From: Mobula hypostoma
Lineage: Eukaryota
Assembly (NCBI RefSeq): GCF_963921235.1
Contig: NC_086118.1
Span: 22,940,001-23,004,000, forward strand
Direction of reading: 5' to 3'
DNA: 64,000 nt
Part shown: one piece after another, positions 1 to 12,330 of the stretch
Position numbering within the stretch: the stretch's first letter is position 1
How the letters are laid out: every line of letters begins with the position of its first letter
Notes under the pieces: model-generated
Seen by the model: only the letters and a program-made list of their open reading frames with translations
Database searches by the model: none
What the model was told of the DNA's origin: nothing
Translations under genes and position numbers: made by a program

Positions 1-474
1 ACTCCTTTGTTCTATATGATGCCTACAGGAAAACTAATCTCAGGGTTGTACTTGGTGATATGCATGTGTTTTTTGATAATAAAATTTACGTTGCACTTTG
101 AAGTTTGAATACAATGGCATTACAATTTACTCCAGAATTATGCACACATTGCAGGTTCCATTTCAGATCTCGAAAGGAACTTACAATGCTAGAATTAACA
201 CTGCAATTGATACCAGTTATTTTCTGCATTATGTTATTCTGCCCTTTAGTTTCTTTGAGATTTTTCACAGTACACGACAATCCATGAATTTGTAGATAAT
301 TTAGAGAGTATGTTAAATTATTAAAATTCAGCAGAAATATAACTGCTAAGATAATGAATAACTGTTCTTATTTTCTTTTCTTAGGAATAATAATCAAACA
401 GCTATGTCAAAGTTCAATGGACCGCTTTCCATTTGAACATCTGTGCCTAAAAGTTCAATCCTAATCAGTACACT

Positions 475-960
475 CATCATCATCATCATCATCTGCTGAG
501 TCGTATGATATGGGCAATCATGGTCTTCCAACTGTCTTTAACCTGAGAAGTTCTCATAAGCTCCTCAAAACTTTTGCCTGTCCATCCCTTGATGTAACTC
601 ATGAATGTCATGCGCTGTCAACTGTGACTTTTTCTTCTATCAATTTTTCCCATTGATGCTCAAGCTCCTCTTTTCTCAGAACATGTCCCAGAAATTCCAG
701 CTGCTGTTTCCTGATTGATGATATGAGCTCCCTCTTCGTCCGGTTTTTCACAACACTTCCCCATTTGTTACTCTGTCCTTCCACGATATTTGCATCATTC
801 TCCTCAAAAACCACATTTCTGCAGCTTCGAGTCTTCCTTCATTTTGTTTTGATACTGTCCAATATTTGCTTCCATATGTTAGTGGGGAATAAACTAATCT
901 CTGGAACATTTTGAGTTTCATATCCATAGAATTTACGTTATTCTTTAGGATCTTGCTCAA
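475..960 (-). mobile_element. RTE-clade LINE, 3' portion (degraded)
   Basis: Minus-strand peptides 'LTYGSKYWTVSKQNEGRLEAAEMWFLRRMMQISWKDRVTNGEVL' and 'QQLEFLGHVLRKEELEH' are typical of the RTE ORF C-terminus. (CAT)n at 475-492 is the 3' tail. Confidence 0.85.
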
Positions 961-1648
961 GGTGGTGAAGATGGCGGCGCAACAGCAGCGCACACGGCCT
1001 CGTCGGTGAATGAATGATATCTGTAATCGGTCAAGTAGCCGTGCACAATTCCGATTTGATGGAGACGGACGTGAGAGTACGGAGGAATATCTGGAAAACT
1101 TCTGAAATGCCTGCTTCACTGCCGCTAATACTGTGTGGTAACCGGAATCTCCGGAGCAGAAGGCTCCGAATCCTCGGCTTTGCGTGTTTCAGCGGCTGGG
1201 GCGAGGTCAAAGGCGTTTGGCAGAGGATGGCGCTTGGGAGGCTGTATCGGAGGGGCTGGTCGGAGGCTCGAAGTTTTTGGATGGACAGACTCAGTGTCGG
1301 CTGTGGTCGGCTGCTTCCAAGGCATCGGCAAGTTGACGGTGCCTGGAGGTTTATGGCGGGGAGTTTCTCCCTGTTGCTGCCTGCTATCGGGGACTCAGGA
1401 GTCGATCGACTCAGGGACTTTGATACTATTTTTACCCTGCCCATGGTTTGTTCTTCATCAGATTATGGTATTGTTTTGCACTGCTGTAACTGTATGTTAT
1501 AATTACGTGGTTCTGTCAGTGTCAGTCTTTGGTTTGTCCTGTTTTCTGTGATATCACTCTGGAGAAACATTGTATTGTTTCTTAATGCATGTATGCATTT
1601 CTAAATGACAATAAAAGAGGACTGAGTGTCCTCATAATCTAATGTAAT
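961..1648 (+). mobile_element. Non-autonomous retroelement/SINE-like family X, copy 1, inserted into the RTE
   Basis: Highly similar to 5731-6385 and 47352-47980. GC-rich 5' end, 3' AATAAA then GTGTCCTCAT(AATCT)n tail. RTE sequence lies on both sides. Confidence 0.8.
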
Positions 1649-1649
1649 A

Positions 1650-1910
1650 AATGTTTGAACGTGCATTCATCACCCCAATCCAGCTTCTAATTTCAACATC
1701 AGCCCTACAATGAAATGTTATTGTAATGAAACTACTATCTCTGTTTAATTGTTTTGTTGTCCACTTTCACTTCGCATTTCCGTATTTCTTTCTTATTTGT
1801 GACAGCCATACATTCGGTCTTCTTGCAGTTGATGGTCAATCCTCTCCTTGCACTTTCTTCGATGACTTTATCTAGTATTTCTTGGAGCTTCTCTTCAGAA
1901 GTAGCACTTA
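1650..1910 (-). mobile_element. RTE-clade LINE, continuation (RT C-terminal region)
   Basis: Peptide 'SEEKLQEILDKVIEESARRGLTINCKKTECM' is the region following the RT YADD motif, collinear with 475-960. Confidence 0.75.
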
Positions 1911-2024
1911 ACATGCTATAGATATCTACCAATGCATTATATTTTGCATCTGAAATATATTGCATTAACTTTCTGAATGGGACATTCCTTGTAACATATT
2001 ACCTAGATTAGTGTTTGTAACATA

Positions 2025-3371
2025 CAGGTGTCCCCCGCTTTTCCAACGTTTGCTTTACGAAACCTCACTGTTACGAAAGACCTACATTAGTACCCTGTTT
2101 TCGCTTTCAGAAGGTGTTTTCACTGTTATGAAGAAAGGCAGCATGCAATAAAAAATCAGCGCGCGATAAGAGGCATGGCGCGCCCCGAGCAGCCTCTCTG
2201 CCCCGGATTCGGAACGGCATTGCTTTAACACGTTGCATTGAGCAGCCGTTAGCAAGACGAGTTCTAAGGTGTCGGAAAAATCTGAAAGAGTAAGAGTGTT
2301 ACACTTAGCGTAAAACTAAACATAATTAAGCATTTTGATCGTGGTGAACGAAGCAAGGACAAAGTGAGTTTGGCTTGTGGAAGTTGATGAAGATGATGTT
2401 GAAGAGGTTTTGGTATCCCATGACCAAGAACTGATAGATGAAGAGCTGATGCAATTGGAAGAGGAAAGGATAACAATCGAAACCGAATGCAACCGAATGC
2501 AGAAAGTGAAGCAACTGCGTGAGATTTTCGCTGCAATGATAAAGTACGACTTTAATTTTGAAAGGGTATGTAGGTTTAGGGGATATTTGCAGGATGGTTT
2601 TAGTGCTTACAAACAACTTAATGATAGAAAAATGCGCGAGGCTCAGCAGTCAAGCAAGCCTTCCACATCAGCCACAGCAGACGACGAACCTCGACCTTCG
2701 ACATCGAGGCGGGAAATCATAGGAGAAGATGAGCTGCCTGCCCTGATCGACGATGAGATGACAACCCCGTGTCCTACCACCCCAACATCCGGGCCCCGGA
2801 CAGATACTGTACCAATTCGCGAAGAACGCAGCAGTAGCCGGGAGGCACACAGCACATCTTTAAGAAAAAAGCCAAAATAAACATGCTAATTAATTAGGTA
2901 CCGCCGACACGCAATTGTCAGCCCAGATCAGAGGCTGTTTTCCCAATTCCGGTAAGTGATACTACACTGTACATACATTATTTCTACTTTATATAGGCTG
3001 TGTATTTTTACGTGTTAGTCGGTAGATTTGGCAGCTTCATAGTTTAAAGGTTACTGGAGAGCGCGTTTATGCCAACAGCGCTTGCGTGAGATTTTCGCTA
3101 CGGAGATCTGTGCAGGCAATCGTTGTAGAGAAATATTTCTACTTTATATAGGCTGTGTATTTATCATATCAGTCCTGCTTTTACTATATGTTACTGTTAT
3201 TTTAGGTTTTATGTGTCATTTGGCATGATTTGGTAGGTTATTTTTGGGTCTGCGAACACTCACAAAATTTTCCCATATAAATAAATGGTAATTGCTTCTT
3301 CGCTTTACGACATTTTGGCTTACGAACCGTTTCATAGGAACGCTCTACCTTCGGATGGCGGGGGAAACCTG
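2025..3371 (+). mobile_element. Tigger/pogo DNA transposon, internally deleted
   Basis: TIRs CAGGTGTCCCCCGC (2025) and GCGGGGGAAACCTG (to 3371), flanked by TA on both sides. It retains an N-terminal HTH remnant ('KLNIIKHFDRGERSK') and the acidic C-terminus. No DDE domain is visible. Confidence 0.9.
2377..2880 (+). pseudogene. Tigger transposase C-terminal acidic fragment
   Basis: 'EVDEDDVEEVLVSHDQELIDEELMQLEEE' is characteristic of Tigger-type transposase C-termini. Confidence 0.7.
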
Positions 3372-5730
3372 TATTCCTTGTAACGTATTCCCGGATGTAC
3401 ATACTTTACATATCATTGAAACTTCATTACCATCTGTGCAGAGTGGAATTCTGTCCTTTAATTTAGTGTGTAAAAGGCACTAAAACAGCAATGGATTGAG
3501 GAAAAGGTGATGGCTGAAAATTAGTATGAACGGTAATATGTTTAGTTGGTAGAGCAAGAGACCAGGAATATAATCAAAAATGTATTGATGAACAATGAGA
3601 TTAATTTAATTTAAAGTACTCAGCAAGTGCAAATACAGATGAATGAAAGTATAAATACATTTTGAGACCATTCTCAGAAGAATACCCGACTGTGTTGGTG
3701 TAATGAAGAGGATCATTGATTTAAAACTGCTACAAAGGAAATAAAGCTATTTATTTTATATAAGTGGAGTGGGTTGTGGAAGGTTGTGTCAGAGCACAGC
3801 TCTCATTTTCAATTTTTGTGGACAAATTGACAATTAGTTGTGAAGCAGAGAAAGATACTACATAGATGCTTCGGGAGAAAATGAGTAACGATTTATTTCT
3901 GGATTACTTAAATAAAGAGTCAGCACAAAGATGATCAGATGTGGTACCTCTATCAGTGCTGCTAATTTATTTGATGCTGTGGAGTGTATCGAGCTCTCAG
4001 ATGTGAAAGACCAATGCTAAAACACCACATCACCCTAACCCTGTAATTACTCTATTCTTGATTCAAATTCCCAATGGAAACCTTGCCACAAAATAATTAT
4101 TATTGTCATGCCTATTGCTACAGTAGCCTTTGGAATGTTCACACTTCATATTTTAAAATGTGAACATTGAAATAAAGTAGAGGCATTTGCATAAATGAGT
4201 GACAAATTTTATTAGTAACTTCGGCTTTTGTGTAAATGTGTACGCCAACTTACACATATAATACAAGCAGAGCTTCTATTTTGTGATATCCTTTGTAATG
4301 GCAACATAATCATATTATCATGAACCTAAATATATGCAGTATTGATGGTTAATAGTGCAATACTGTTACTGCAGTTAGTCAAGCTACCTGTCACAACCAA
4401 GTCCACCACCTATTAGTCACAAATGGCAGCCAATTTCAAATTTATTATATCTATTACATATGCTTAGATTCACTGAAATGCAGTTCATGACAAAATAAAT
4501 CAGATGTAGCTATGCACATGCTATCTATGAGCATGATCAGTGGGAATCTTAATATGCTTAGCAAACCTCATAGTAGAATGCTGATTACAATGATTCTTTT
4601 CCTGGGAGAAGGACCCTTTATAAGTGCTTAATCACAAGTCATTCTCAGAACTGAGCTTCAAACTGGCCTGCATTCACATTTGGTCGGGAAGGTACAATGG
4701 ATTCACATTGATAAATTAGGAAAGGCACCAAATTTTTACCAAAGTAACAAAGTGCAGAAGAAATAGACGCAGGAAACATTCAATAGAGCCAAGGATGATC
4801 CTTGACCTTGCCACTTTCACTAAGTCAGGACCAGCCGTGGAACAAGCCAATCATTTCAATCAGCGGGCAACGAGCTAGGAACTCATCTTCATCTTTGCGT
4901 CTGGACAGATCCATATGAATATTCAGGGTAGTAGCAGATCACGTGGGGTTCCTCAGACCTGCTCTGCTATTTGGTGAGATTGTGACTGATCTACGGCCTC
5001 AGCAGAGTCATTTAAAGGCATTGACAAACCCATACAGGTCAATTGGCGGCCAGTTTTTCTGGTTGTTCCCGTACTTACTCAGTTATTTATTGCTTGTCTA
5101 TGATAAGATCAAATTATTATTAGAGTAGCTCCTAATTTATGCATAAAATCTGAAGTCAGCAGTGTGTCAACCATGACATCTTCTCTGGATTTTTGCAAAT
5201 TGAAGTTATTATGGAAAACAACAAATGTAGCAGCAGCTGGGAGAAATCAATCTTCAACTAACCGGTATGAGTTTTTCAATCTTTTTAAAAAACATTGATG
5301 GGGAATGTGTTCTTCCCATTCTTCCCATGCTGAACTCCTAGTTGAATTGAGTGATGTTTCATATGCTACTAGCAGTACAACTTGTCAAAGATCGTCAGGG
5401 CAGCTCACGGGCGGATGTGTTCTGCATGGCCTTATAGATTTTGGGAACCACAATAGCTTGGACATATAGTGATGACCAATTGGCATAGGGCTGGTCCAGT
5501 ATGATCCATCCCAGTTACTCAGCTTCAAATAGTCTTCCTTGTTTTTAAATCTCCCCTTGGTGTTTTACAATGTTATTCTTCCATGTCTTCAATTCCTCCC
5601 AGTACTCCCCTCTAGATCTGCTCTAAGTCACTCTGTACATTGTGTCCATAAGCTCTGGAATTACCTCCAGGAATCTCTCAGCCTCTTCACCTTTCTTTTT
5701 ACTTTAAAACATATCCCTTTGGGCAAGCCA

Positions 5731-6385
5731 GAGGAGGAGGAGGAGAAGATGACGGCGCGATATCTGTAATCTGTCAAGTAGGGTGCCGTGCACAGTTCTG
5801 ATTTGATGGAGACGGACGTGAGAAGCACGGAGGAGCATCTGGTGAAACTTCTGAAATGCCCGCTTTGCTGCCGCTGCTACTGTGTGATCTGAAATCTCCG
5901 GAGGGGAAGGCCCCGAATCCTGAGCTTTGCCTGTTGCTTGGCGGCCGGGGCGGGGTCAAAGCACTCGACAGAGATGGTGCTCGGTGCTCGGTGTCGGTCG
6001 GCTGGTCGGAGGCTCGAAGTTTTCGGACGTACTCAGAGTCCGACTGTGGTCGGGTGCTTCCAGGGTGCTGCATCAGCAAGTTTGCAGCACTGGAAGCTCA
6101 TGACAGGGAGAGTTTCTTCCTTCTACCGTCTGCGTGAGATGTTGGGGCTATCAGGACTTTGAGACTATTTTTTACTGTGCCCATGGTCTGCTCTTATCAA
6201 ATTACGGTATTGCTTTGCACTGTTGTAACTATATGTTATAATTATGTGCTTTTTGTCAGTTTTAGTCTTGGTCTGTCCTGTGTTTCTGTGATATCATACT
6301 GGAGGAACATTGTATCATTTTTTAATGCATGCATTTCTAAATGATAATAAACGAGGACTGAGTGTCCTCATAATCTAAAAAAAAA
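5731..6385 (+). mobile_element. Family X, copy 2
   Basis: Aligns by eye with 961-1648. Starts (GAG)nAAGATGACGGCG and ends GTGTCCTCATAATCT plus an A-run. Confidence 0.8.
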
Positions 6386-6435
6386 GCTAAGTCTTCAGTC
6401 TTAATATCTCCTCAGATAGCCAAACAGTCACTTGA

Positions 6436-7132
6436 TTATAGAACAGAACAGCACAGGAACAGGCCCTCCAGCTTGCAATATGGTGCCAAACCAATTAAAT
6501 TAGTAATCTAATGGCCAGCTAAACAAATCCCTTCTGCCATATCCTTCCATTTCCCTTACATGCATGAGCTTATCGCAACGTCTCTTAAAAGTTCCTAGTG
6601 TATCTGCCTCGATCATCACCCCAGGCAACACATTCCAGGCACCCACCACTCTTTGTACAAAAAACTTGCCTCTCACACCTCCTTTAAAATTACCCCCTCT
6701 CACCTTAAGTGTATGCACTCTAGTGTTATGTAGCAGTTATGCTTCAGAAATTCGCTAAATTCCACTCCATACATTAATCAAAGAAAACTTTGTGAGTGGC
6801 CTGAGAGCCTTTCATAATCTTGTTAGCCTCTATCAGATCTCCCCTCAGCTTCTGCCACTCCAGAGAAAGCAAACCTGTTTGATTAACTTCTTGTGATAGC
6901 ACATTCCTTCTAATCCAGACAGCATCCTGGTAAACCTCTCCTGAACCCTCTCCAAAGCCTTGACATTTTTCCTATAATGGGGTGATCCTATAATGGACTG
7001 TATACAATATCCCAGACGAGGCCTAACAAGAGTTTTATAAAGCTGCAACATAACTTCCTGGGACTTTTGAACTCATTGCCTTGACTAATAAAGGCCAGCG
7101 TATCATACGCCTTCTTAACCACCCTATCAATC
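6436..7132 (-). mobile_element. CR1 LINE 3' fragment
   Basis: Peptides 'LYKTLVRPRLGYC...SPHYRK...LERVQERFTRML' and 'FFVQRVVGAWNVLP' match the CR1 ORF2 C-terminus. Confidence 0.9.
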
Positions 7133-7140
7133 TCTTTTTA

Positions 7141-7322
7141 ACACACACAAAATGCTGGAGGCAGCAGCTACAGAAAAGAGTAAACAGTCGATGTTTCAGG
7201 CTGACACCCTTCATCAGGTCCTGCTGAAGGGTCTCAGCTTGAAACATCGACTGTACTCTTTTCCATGGATGTTGCCTGGCCTGTTGAGTCCCTGCAGCAT
7301 TTTGTGTGAGTCGCTCAGATTT
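7141..7322. mobile_element. Palindromic Penelope-derived mini-element (two inverted terminal-repeat halves)
   Basis: Left arm ACACAAAATGCTGG...GTCGATGTTTC...CCCTTCATCAGG is the reverse complement of right arm CCTGCTGAAGGG...GAAACATCGAC...CAGCATTTTGTGTG. Confidence 0.8.
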
Positions 7323-7390
7323 CCTTACTCCTGATCCTGAGGAAGTTCCTAACAAAGAGAACCACACGTGCACACAAAACACTCAACTTA

Positions 7391-7590
7391 TACAGTACTG
7401 TGAAAAGTCTTAGGCGCATTATATATATCGCTAGGGTCCTTAAGATTCTTACAGAGAACTGTATATTATGTCTTTCCAGTTACTGCATAACATTCAATAC
7501 TACTGAGCTAACATAAAGCTAACTGTGCAGAAGTCTTAGGCACCCTAGCTATATATAGGTCTGTGTGCCTAAGACTTTTGCACAGTTCCA
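7391..7590. mobile_element. Two small palindromic Tc1/mariner-type MITEs (7391-7465, 7522-7590)
   Basis: Each has ACTGTG(C)AAAAGTCTTAGG / CCTAAGACTTTTGCACAGT-like inverted ends around a TA-rich core. The first is TA-flanked. Confidence 0.65.
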
Positions 7591-10500
7591 TAGGACCTCT
7601 ACTTCCTGTCACCGGGCTTCACTGAATAGGGGATCCATGCTTAACGACCTCTTGCCATGGTACATCGATATCACAGCAGGGGCCCTACACAACCAACTTC
7701 ATTAATTCACAACCTGTGTCCGGTGGGTGTGTTATCTGCTTAGAGAAACAGTAGCAGTTGATTCACCACTTCCATTCCAGCCCACATTCTGCCCATTTAA
7801 GCCAGGCGCAGGGAACCAAAATCTCCCTCATTGTCTCTGTGAGCAGTCAGCTGTGTAGTGGTTCGGTAGACTTTCCTTTCATTCCGTGACACGTATTTAA
7901 ATGCAGAATTGACTGACAGTGATGAATGTCTTCTGCACTGTAGCAGTACAATTTCCCTGTGAAATTACTCTGGAGCCACATGGGTGAGCCCACAGCAATG
8001 TTGCCGTGAGTCAGGTGCAGTTTATGCCAGGGTTCTACCCGTGTCTTTTGTGAAAACTGATGTCGTTATGTCACATCTCACCCATATGAATCAACCAGGC
8101 AGATCACCCAATGTTTACAGGTAATAGGCATCTTTAGATTAGAATGAGGTAATATCTCTCTGATCTGTTAATTTCGGTGATATTCAATTAATTGGCTTGT
8201 CCTCTACCTTTGCATTTACCATTAGGACAATTGGTTTGATGCAGTGTACAACAGATCCCATCAGTTACTGTGCCTCGTACACAGTACTGCCACTTGTAAA
8301 ATGATGCAGAAAAAGATATTAGTGCCAGCCTTTGATAGTGCGTCAAATCATATAATGCCACCAACAAACCCCTGGTTTTACAGGACCCTGTCTTGTTTAT
8401 ATCCTAAGTCCAGTACGAAGAAGCAATGGAGCGACTTGCATCTTCTTCCTGTGATTCTTTACCTGCTTTGCTTACTTTTATTTAATTCAAAACTCTGAAG
8501 ATTATAACTGTAAAAACACTCTTGCAAAAGATGATAGTGTCCTTTCCATACTTAGACTGAGTTGGTGAGATTGGAAGTTATTTCAGTGAAGCAGGAAGAG
8601 GGTAGTTTATCTAGTATGAGGGAGACATGGAGGCCTCATGTCCGGTTGTTAAATGAAGCGGTTCAGTTGAAACAGTGTCAGAACTGTATCTGGTAAAGCA
8701 AGAGACCGCGCAAGCATATAATTCAGTAATTCACACCTACATAAACAACAAGCCTTTGAACAAGGTGCAGCCTAGTAACAACACTGCACAACAATCAGCT
8801 CCAAAATGTAATTGCTTCAGTATTCTACAATGTTTATTTTATAAAAGGCATCAGGGGTTTTCAAGGCTTACAGCTTATTTGAAGAGCAGGGCTGGGCTCA
8901 GGTGGTGTAATAATTGACATTGCAGTGTTTCCATGATGTGACCCATTCAGTATAACTGTTAAGCCGAGTGCGAGTCAGATGTGAGCTGGATGACGACAGG
9001 GATCAGATGTGCAATAAAACTGGCCATGTCTGCCTGAGGTGTCAGTAGTTAACAGTCCCCAAGAAACTGTTCCTTCCCTCTGGTAGATCACAAATTTAGT
9101 ATTATTGTACCAGGTTAGAAATAAAAGTGTCCATTTTTTTGCTAATAAACAAAGCAGAGATTTAATGTTAATAAAGGGATGATATAAATTATTGATAAAT
9201 TATTGAAACAAGATTATTGATTTAATTAATGTATTGAATGTTGGGCAACAAGAAAATCAAAATCTTGCGCAATGCATTTTTATTTTATGAGTAAAAGATT
9301 TTTATTCCAGTGTTCAATCAAATGAGAGGCTGTCCTGAGTTTCCATTTATTTCAACCAGCATCTTTTTTCACCTCTTGCATTTTACTGAGACAATCTAGC
9401 CTTTGTGAGATTGAATATGGTGCCACCTCAACTGGTTTGGATTTTTATATCTTTTTCTTAAGTGACTGAAGCAACATGAGCACGCAGTGACATGTGTTGT
9501 GTATCAACATGATAAAAGATTGACTGTACTTCATAGTGAAGATATCGTCAGCAACCTTCATTTAAAAGGAATATTTTTAAGGCAGCAATGATCAGCACAA
9601 CAAAGTACCTTATAAAACCGCAAACTCAGTGCTTCAAAATATCATTATTATAGTCATGTCACTGCCAGCGTAATCGCAGAGAGAAATCAGGGTGCAATCA
9701 TTGTCATGATGCTTTGGGATTAACCTTTTTGCAATCAGTTATAATATTTGAGATATGGTGGGATATTTATAGGAGTTTGTAATAATGCATCAAGTACTTG
9801 ACTTCAAAGAGCATTATATGGGGAAGGTGAGTCACTTAAAATAAACTAGAAAGAAGGTAGAGATTTAATGAAAAGAAAAGCTGTTTTACAATGACATGTG
9901 ATTTAAAATAAAAAGCGTAAATAGTGAACTGTAATATGTATGCTATTCTTCCAAACTTTGAAGTTGTATCTTGCAGGGTTTGATGTTTGTAATCTTGCAG
10001 GGATTTGTCTTGGAGGGAATCTGCTTTCATTGGCAAGAGGTTCAGCAAACAGAGGATAAAACTTTCATTTCATTGGAACCAGATGAAACATAGAGAAGTA
10101 TTAAATGCAAATAAATATTACCTGGAAAATGCTGCCTGGTGGATTCAAAAGTCCTTGAAGATTAACTAGAAACAGTGTTACTTTCCTGTAGGGAAGGTAC
10201 CCTCGGATATATCTATCAGATAGAGCTAATAATCTTCTTATGAGTGTAGGGCTTTGAGGGCAGGGAACCCCATACCATCGCAATGCTCTATGGATGTAGT
10301 TTAAATGCCACGCCAACCAATCAATTACTCTGTAAAGTCAGAACATCAAGTCTACTGACCAGAGGTGCAGCCACTCTAGCCAGTAGCTACTCTCCAAATG
10401 GAAGGTAGTTGGAATGGCAGGTCTACTCACACATGGAACACTGAGTGCTGAGCCCAGTAACACCAAGTATGCTAAGTAACGAAGCGATGATGAACTAAGG

Positions 10501-11133
10501 CAACAAAGGGTGAACCTCGGTCTACAATAGTTTGTAATGACAAAATGATGATAAATGAAACTGGTTAAGTGAGAACTGCTTGTATAAAAACACGGTGGTA
10601 GCACATGGGATTAGGATCGCTTTGCAAGTGGAAGCTACTTATAAGCACAGACTGATTGGACCCAATGGTCTCTGGTTTTGTTATAATTGCTACAGAATCA
10701 GACAAATAGGCAAAAACAGCAAAGTTACAATTTGTTAGCTCAGAAATAAAAGGTAAATTCTGTGTCAGAGAGATGGGGAAAGAATGGGCATTGGCAGAAA
10801 ATTGCACAGACAGTTGCAGCTGATACGTGTATTTTACTTTCAACAAAGTGTTAGCAAGTGCTTTTTCTGTATTTTATTTCCACTCTTATAAACACTGAAT
10901 TAAAAGAATGTGCAAACAATTTTCATGAGTCCCCAACATCTCAAAATTTATCCGCAGTGAGTCGGAGTCAGAATCAGATTTATTATCACTTTGGAATTCA
11001 CTGCTTCAGACTGTTGTGGTGGCCAAGTCACTGCATATACTTATAGCAGAAGCTGATATATTCTTGATTGTCGGGGTGTCAAAAGTTAAGGGAAGAAGGC
11101 AGGAGAATGAGGTTGGGAGGGACAATAAATCAG

Positions 11134-11865
11134 TGGACTTCCAATCTACCTCGGGTCTCACCGATATACAAGCGGCCACACTGGGAGCACCGAATACAAT
11201 AAATGACCCCAATAGACTCACAGGGGGAGTATCATTTGCTTCGCTGAGCACCTATCCTCCATCTGCCAGGAAAAGAGGGATCACGCAGTGGCCACCCATT
11301 TTAATTCCACTTTCCATTCCCATTCCACCATGTTCATCCATGGCCCCCGGTGATGAGGCCACACTCAGATTGCAGGAGCAACACCTTATATTCTATCTGA
11401 GTAGCCTCCAACCTGATGGCATGAAGATCGATTTCTCGAACTTCCGGTAATGTTCCCCCCCCCCAACCCACAGTTCTCTATTGCCATTCCCATTTTCCTC
11501 TCTCACCTTATCTCCTTGCCTGCCTATTGCTTCCCTCCAGCACTTCTCCCCCTTCTTCTTTCTTCCATGGCCTTCTTTCCTCTCCTCTTAGAATCCCCCC
11601 TCCTCCAGCCCTCTACTCTTTCACCACTAAACTTCCCAACTCCCTCCCTCCCAGTTTTACCTATCACCTTGTGTTTCTTCCTCCCCTCCTCCCACCCTTT
11701 TCCTCCGATTCCTCATCTTTTTTTCCACTCCTTCTGAAGGATCTCGGCCCGAAACATCAACTGTACTCTTTTCCATCACTGTTGCTTGACCTGCTGAGTT
11801 CCTGTAGCATCTTGTGTGCGTTACTTGGAATTCCAGCATCTGCAGATTTTCTCTTGTTTGTGAAA
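11134..11865 (+). mobile_element. Penelope-like element 3' part with inverted 5' segment
   Basis: Plus strand encodes 'DEATLRLQEQHLIFYLSSLQPDGMKIDFSNF', followed by a pyrimidine-rich UTR and the terminal repeat. 11134-11225 encodes 'VIYCIRCSQCGRLYIGET' on the minus strand. Confidence 0.8.
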
Positions 11866-12024
11866 TAATAATGAGGTAGCGTTTATGGGTTGGTTCATTG
11901 GGTGTTCAGAAATCAGTGAGGTGTTATAGATGGGAAGCTGATAGAGGATTTTATTGAATGATGGAGAGCATTAGATGGAACATCAGATTGTTCTTTCCTT
12001 TACTTCTTATAATCCTAGAGAGCT

Positions 12025-12190
12025 TTAGAGACAATGAAGTACTTTTGATGTGTAAACACTTTCCTAATAGTATTAATGTAGCAGCTAATTTGTGCACATA
12101 GAAAGCCCATGAGATAATGACCAGATTATCTGTTTTAGTGATTCCTGTTAAGTACAGATATTGGTCAAGATACTGGAAGAGATCATTAAC
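12025..12190 (-). mobile_element. DeuSINE-like core remnant
   Basis: 'GCAGCTAATTTGTGCACA...GATAATGACCAGATTATCTGTTTTAGTGAT...ATATTGG' resembles the reverse complement of the Deu-domain SINE core (recognised from memory). Confidence 0.5.
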
Positions 12191-12199
12191 TCAGATTGA

Positions 12200-12330
12200 A
12201 AACACAAGCTATTGTGCAGATGCTGGAAACCCAAAGCAACACACAAAAGCCTGGAGGGAACGCAGCAAGTCAGGCAGCATCTATACAAGGGAATGAAGTT
12301 GTTCTTTCAGGCTGAAACCCTGTATTATGA
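12200..12330 (-). repeat. Penelope terminal-repeat fragment
   Basis: GCAGATGCTGGAAA...CAGGCAGCATCTAT...TTTCAGGCTGAAACCC is shared with the other copies. Confidence 0.65.

Noticed and set aside
1014-1551. 130-160 aa ORFs on both strands of family X
   Set aside because: Frames are not preserved in the copies at 5731 and 47352; they are a by-product of GC-rich sequence.
11450-11868. Pro/Leu/Ser-rich ORFs (also 16258-16803, 21862-22246)
   Set aside because: They are translations of the pyrimidine-rich Penelope UTR.
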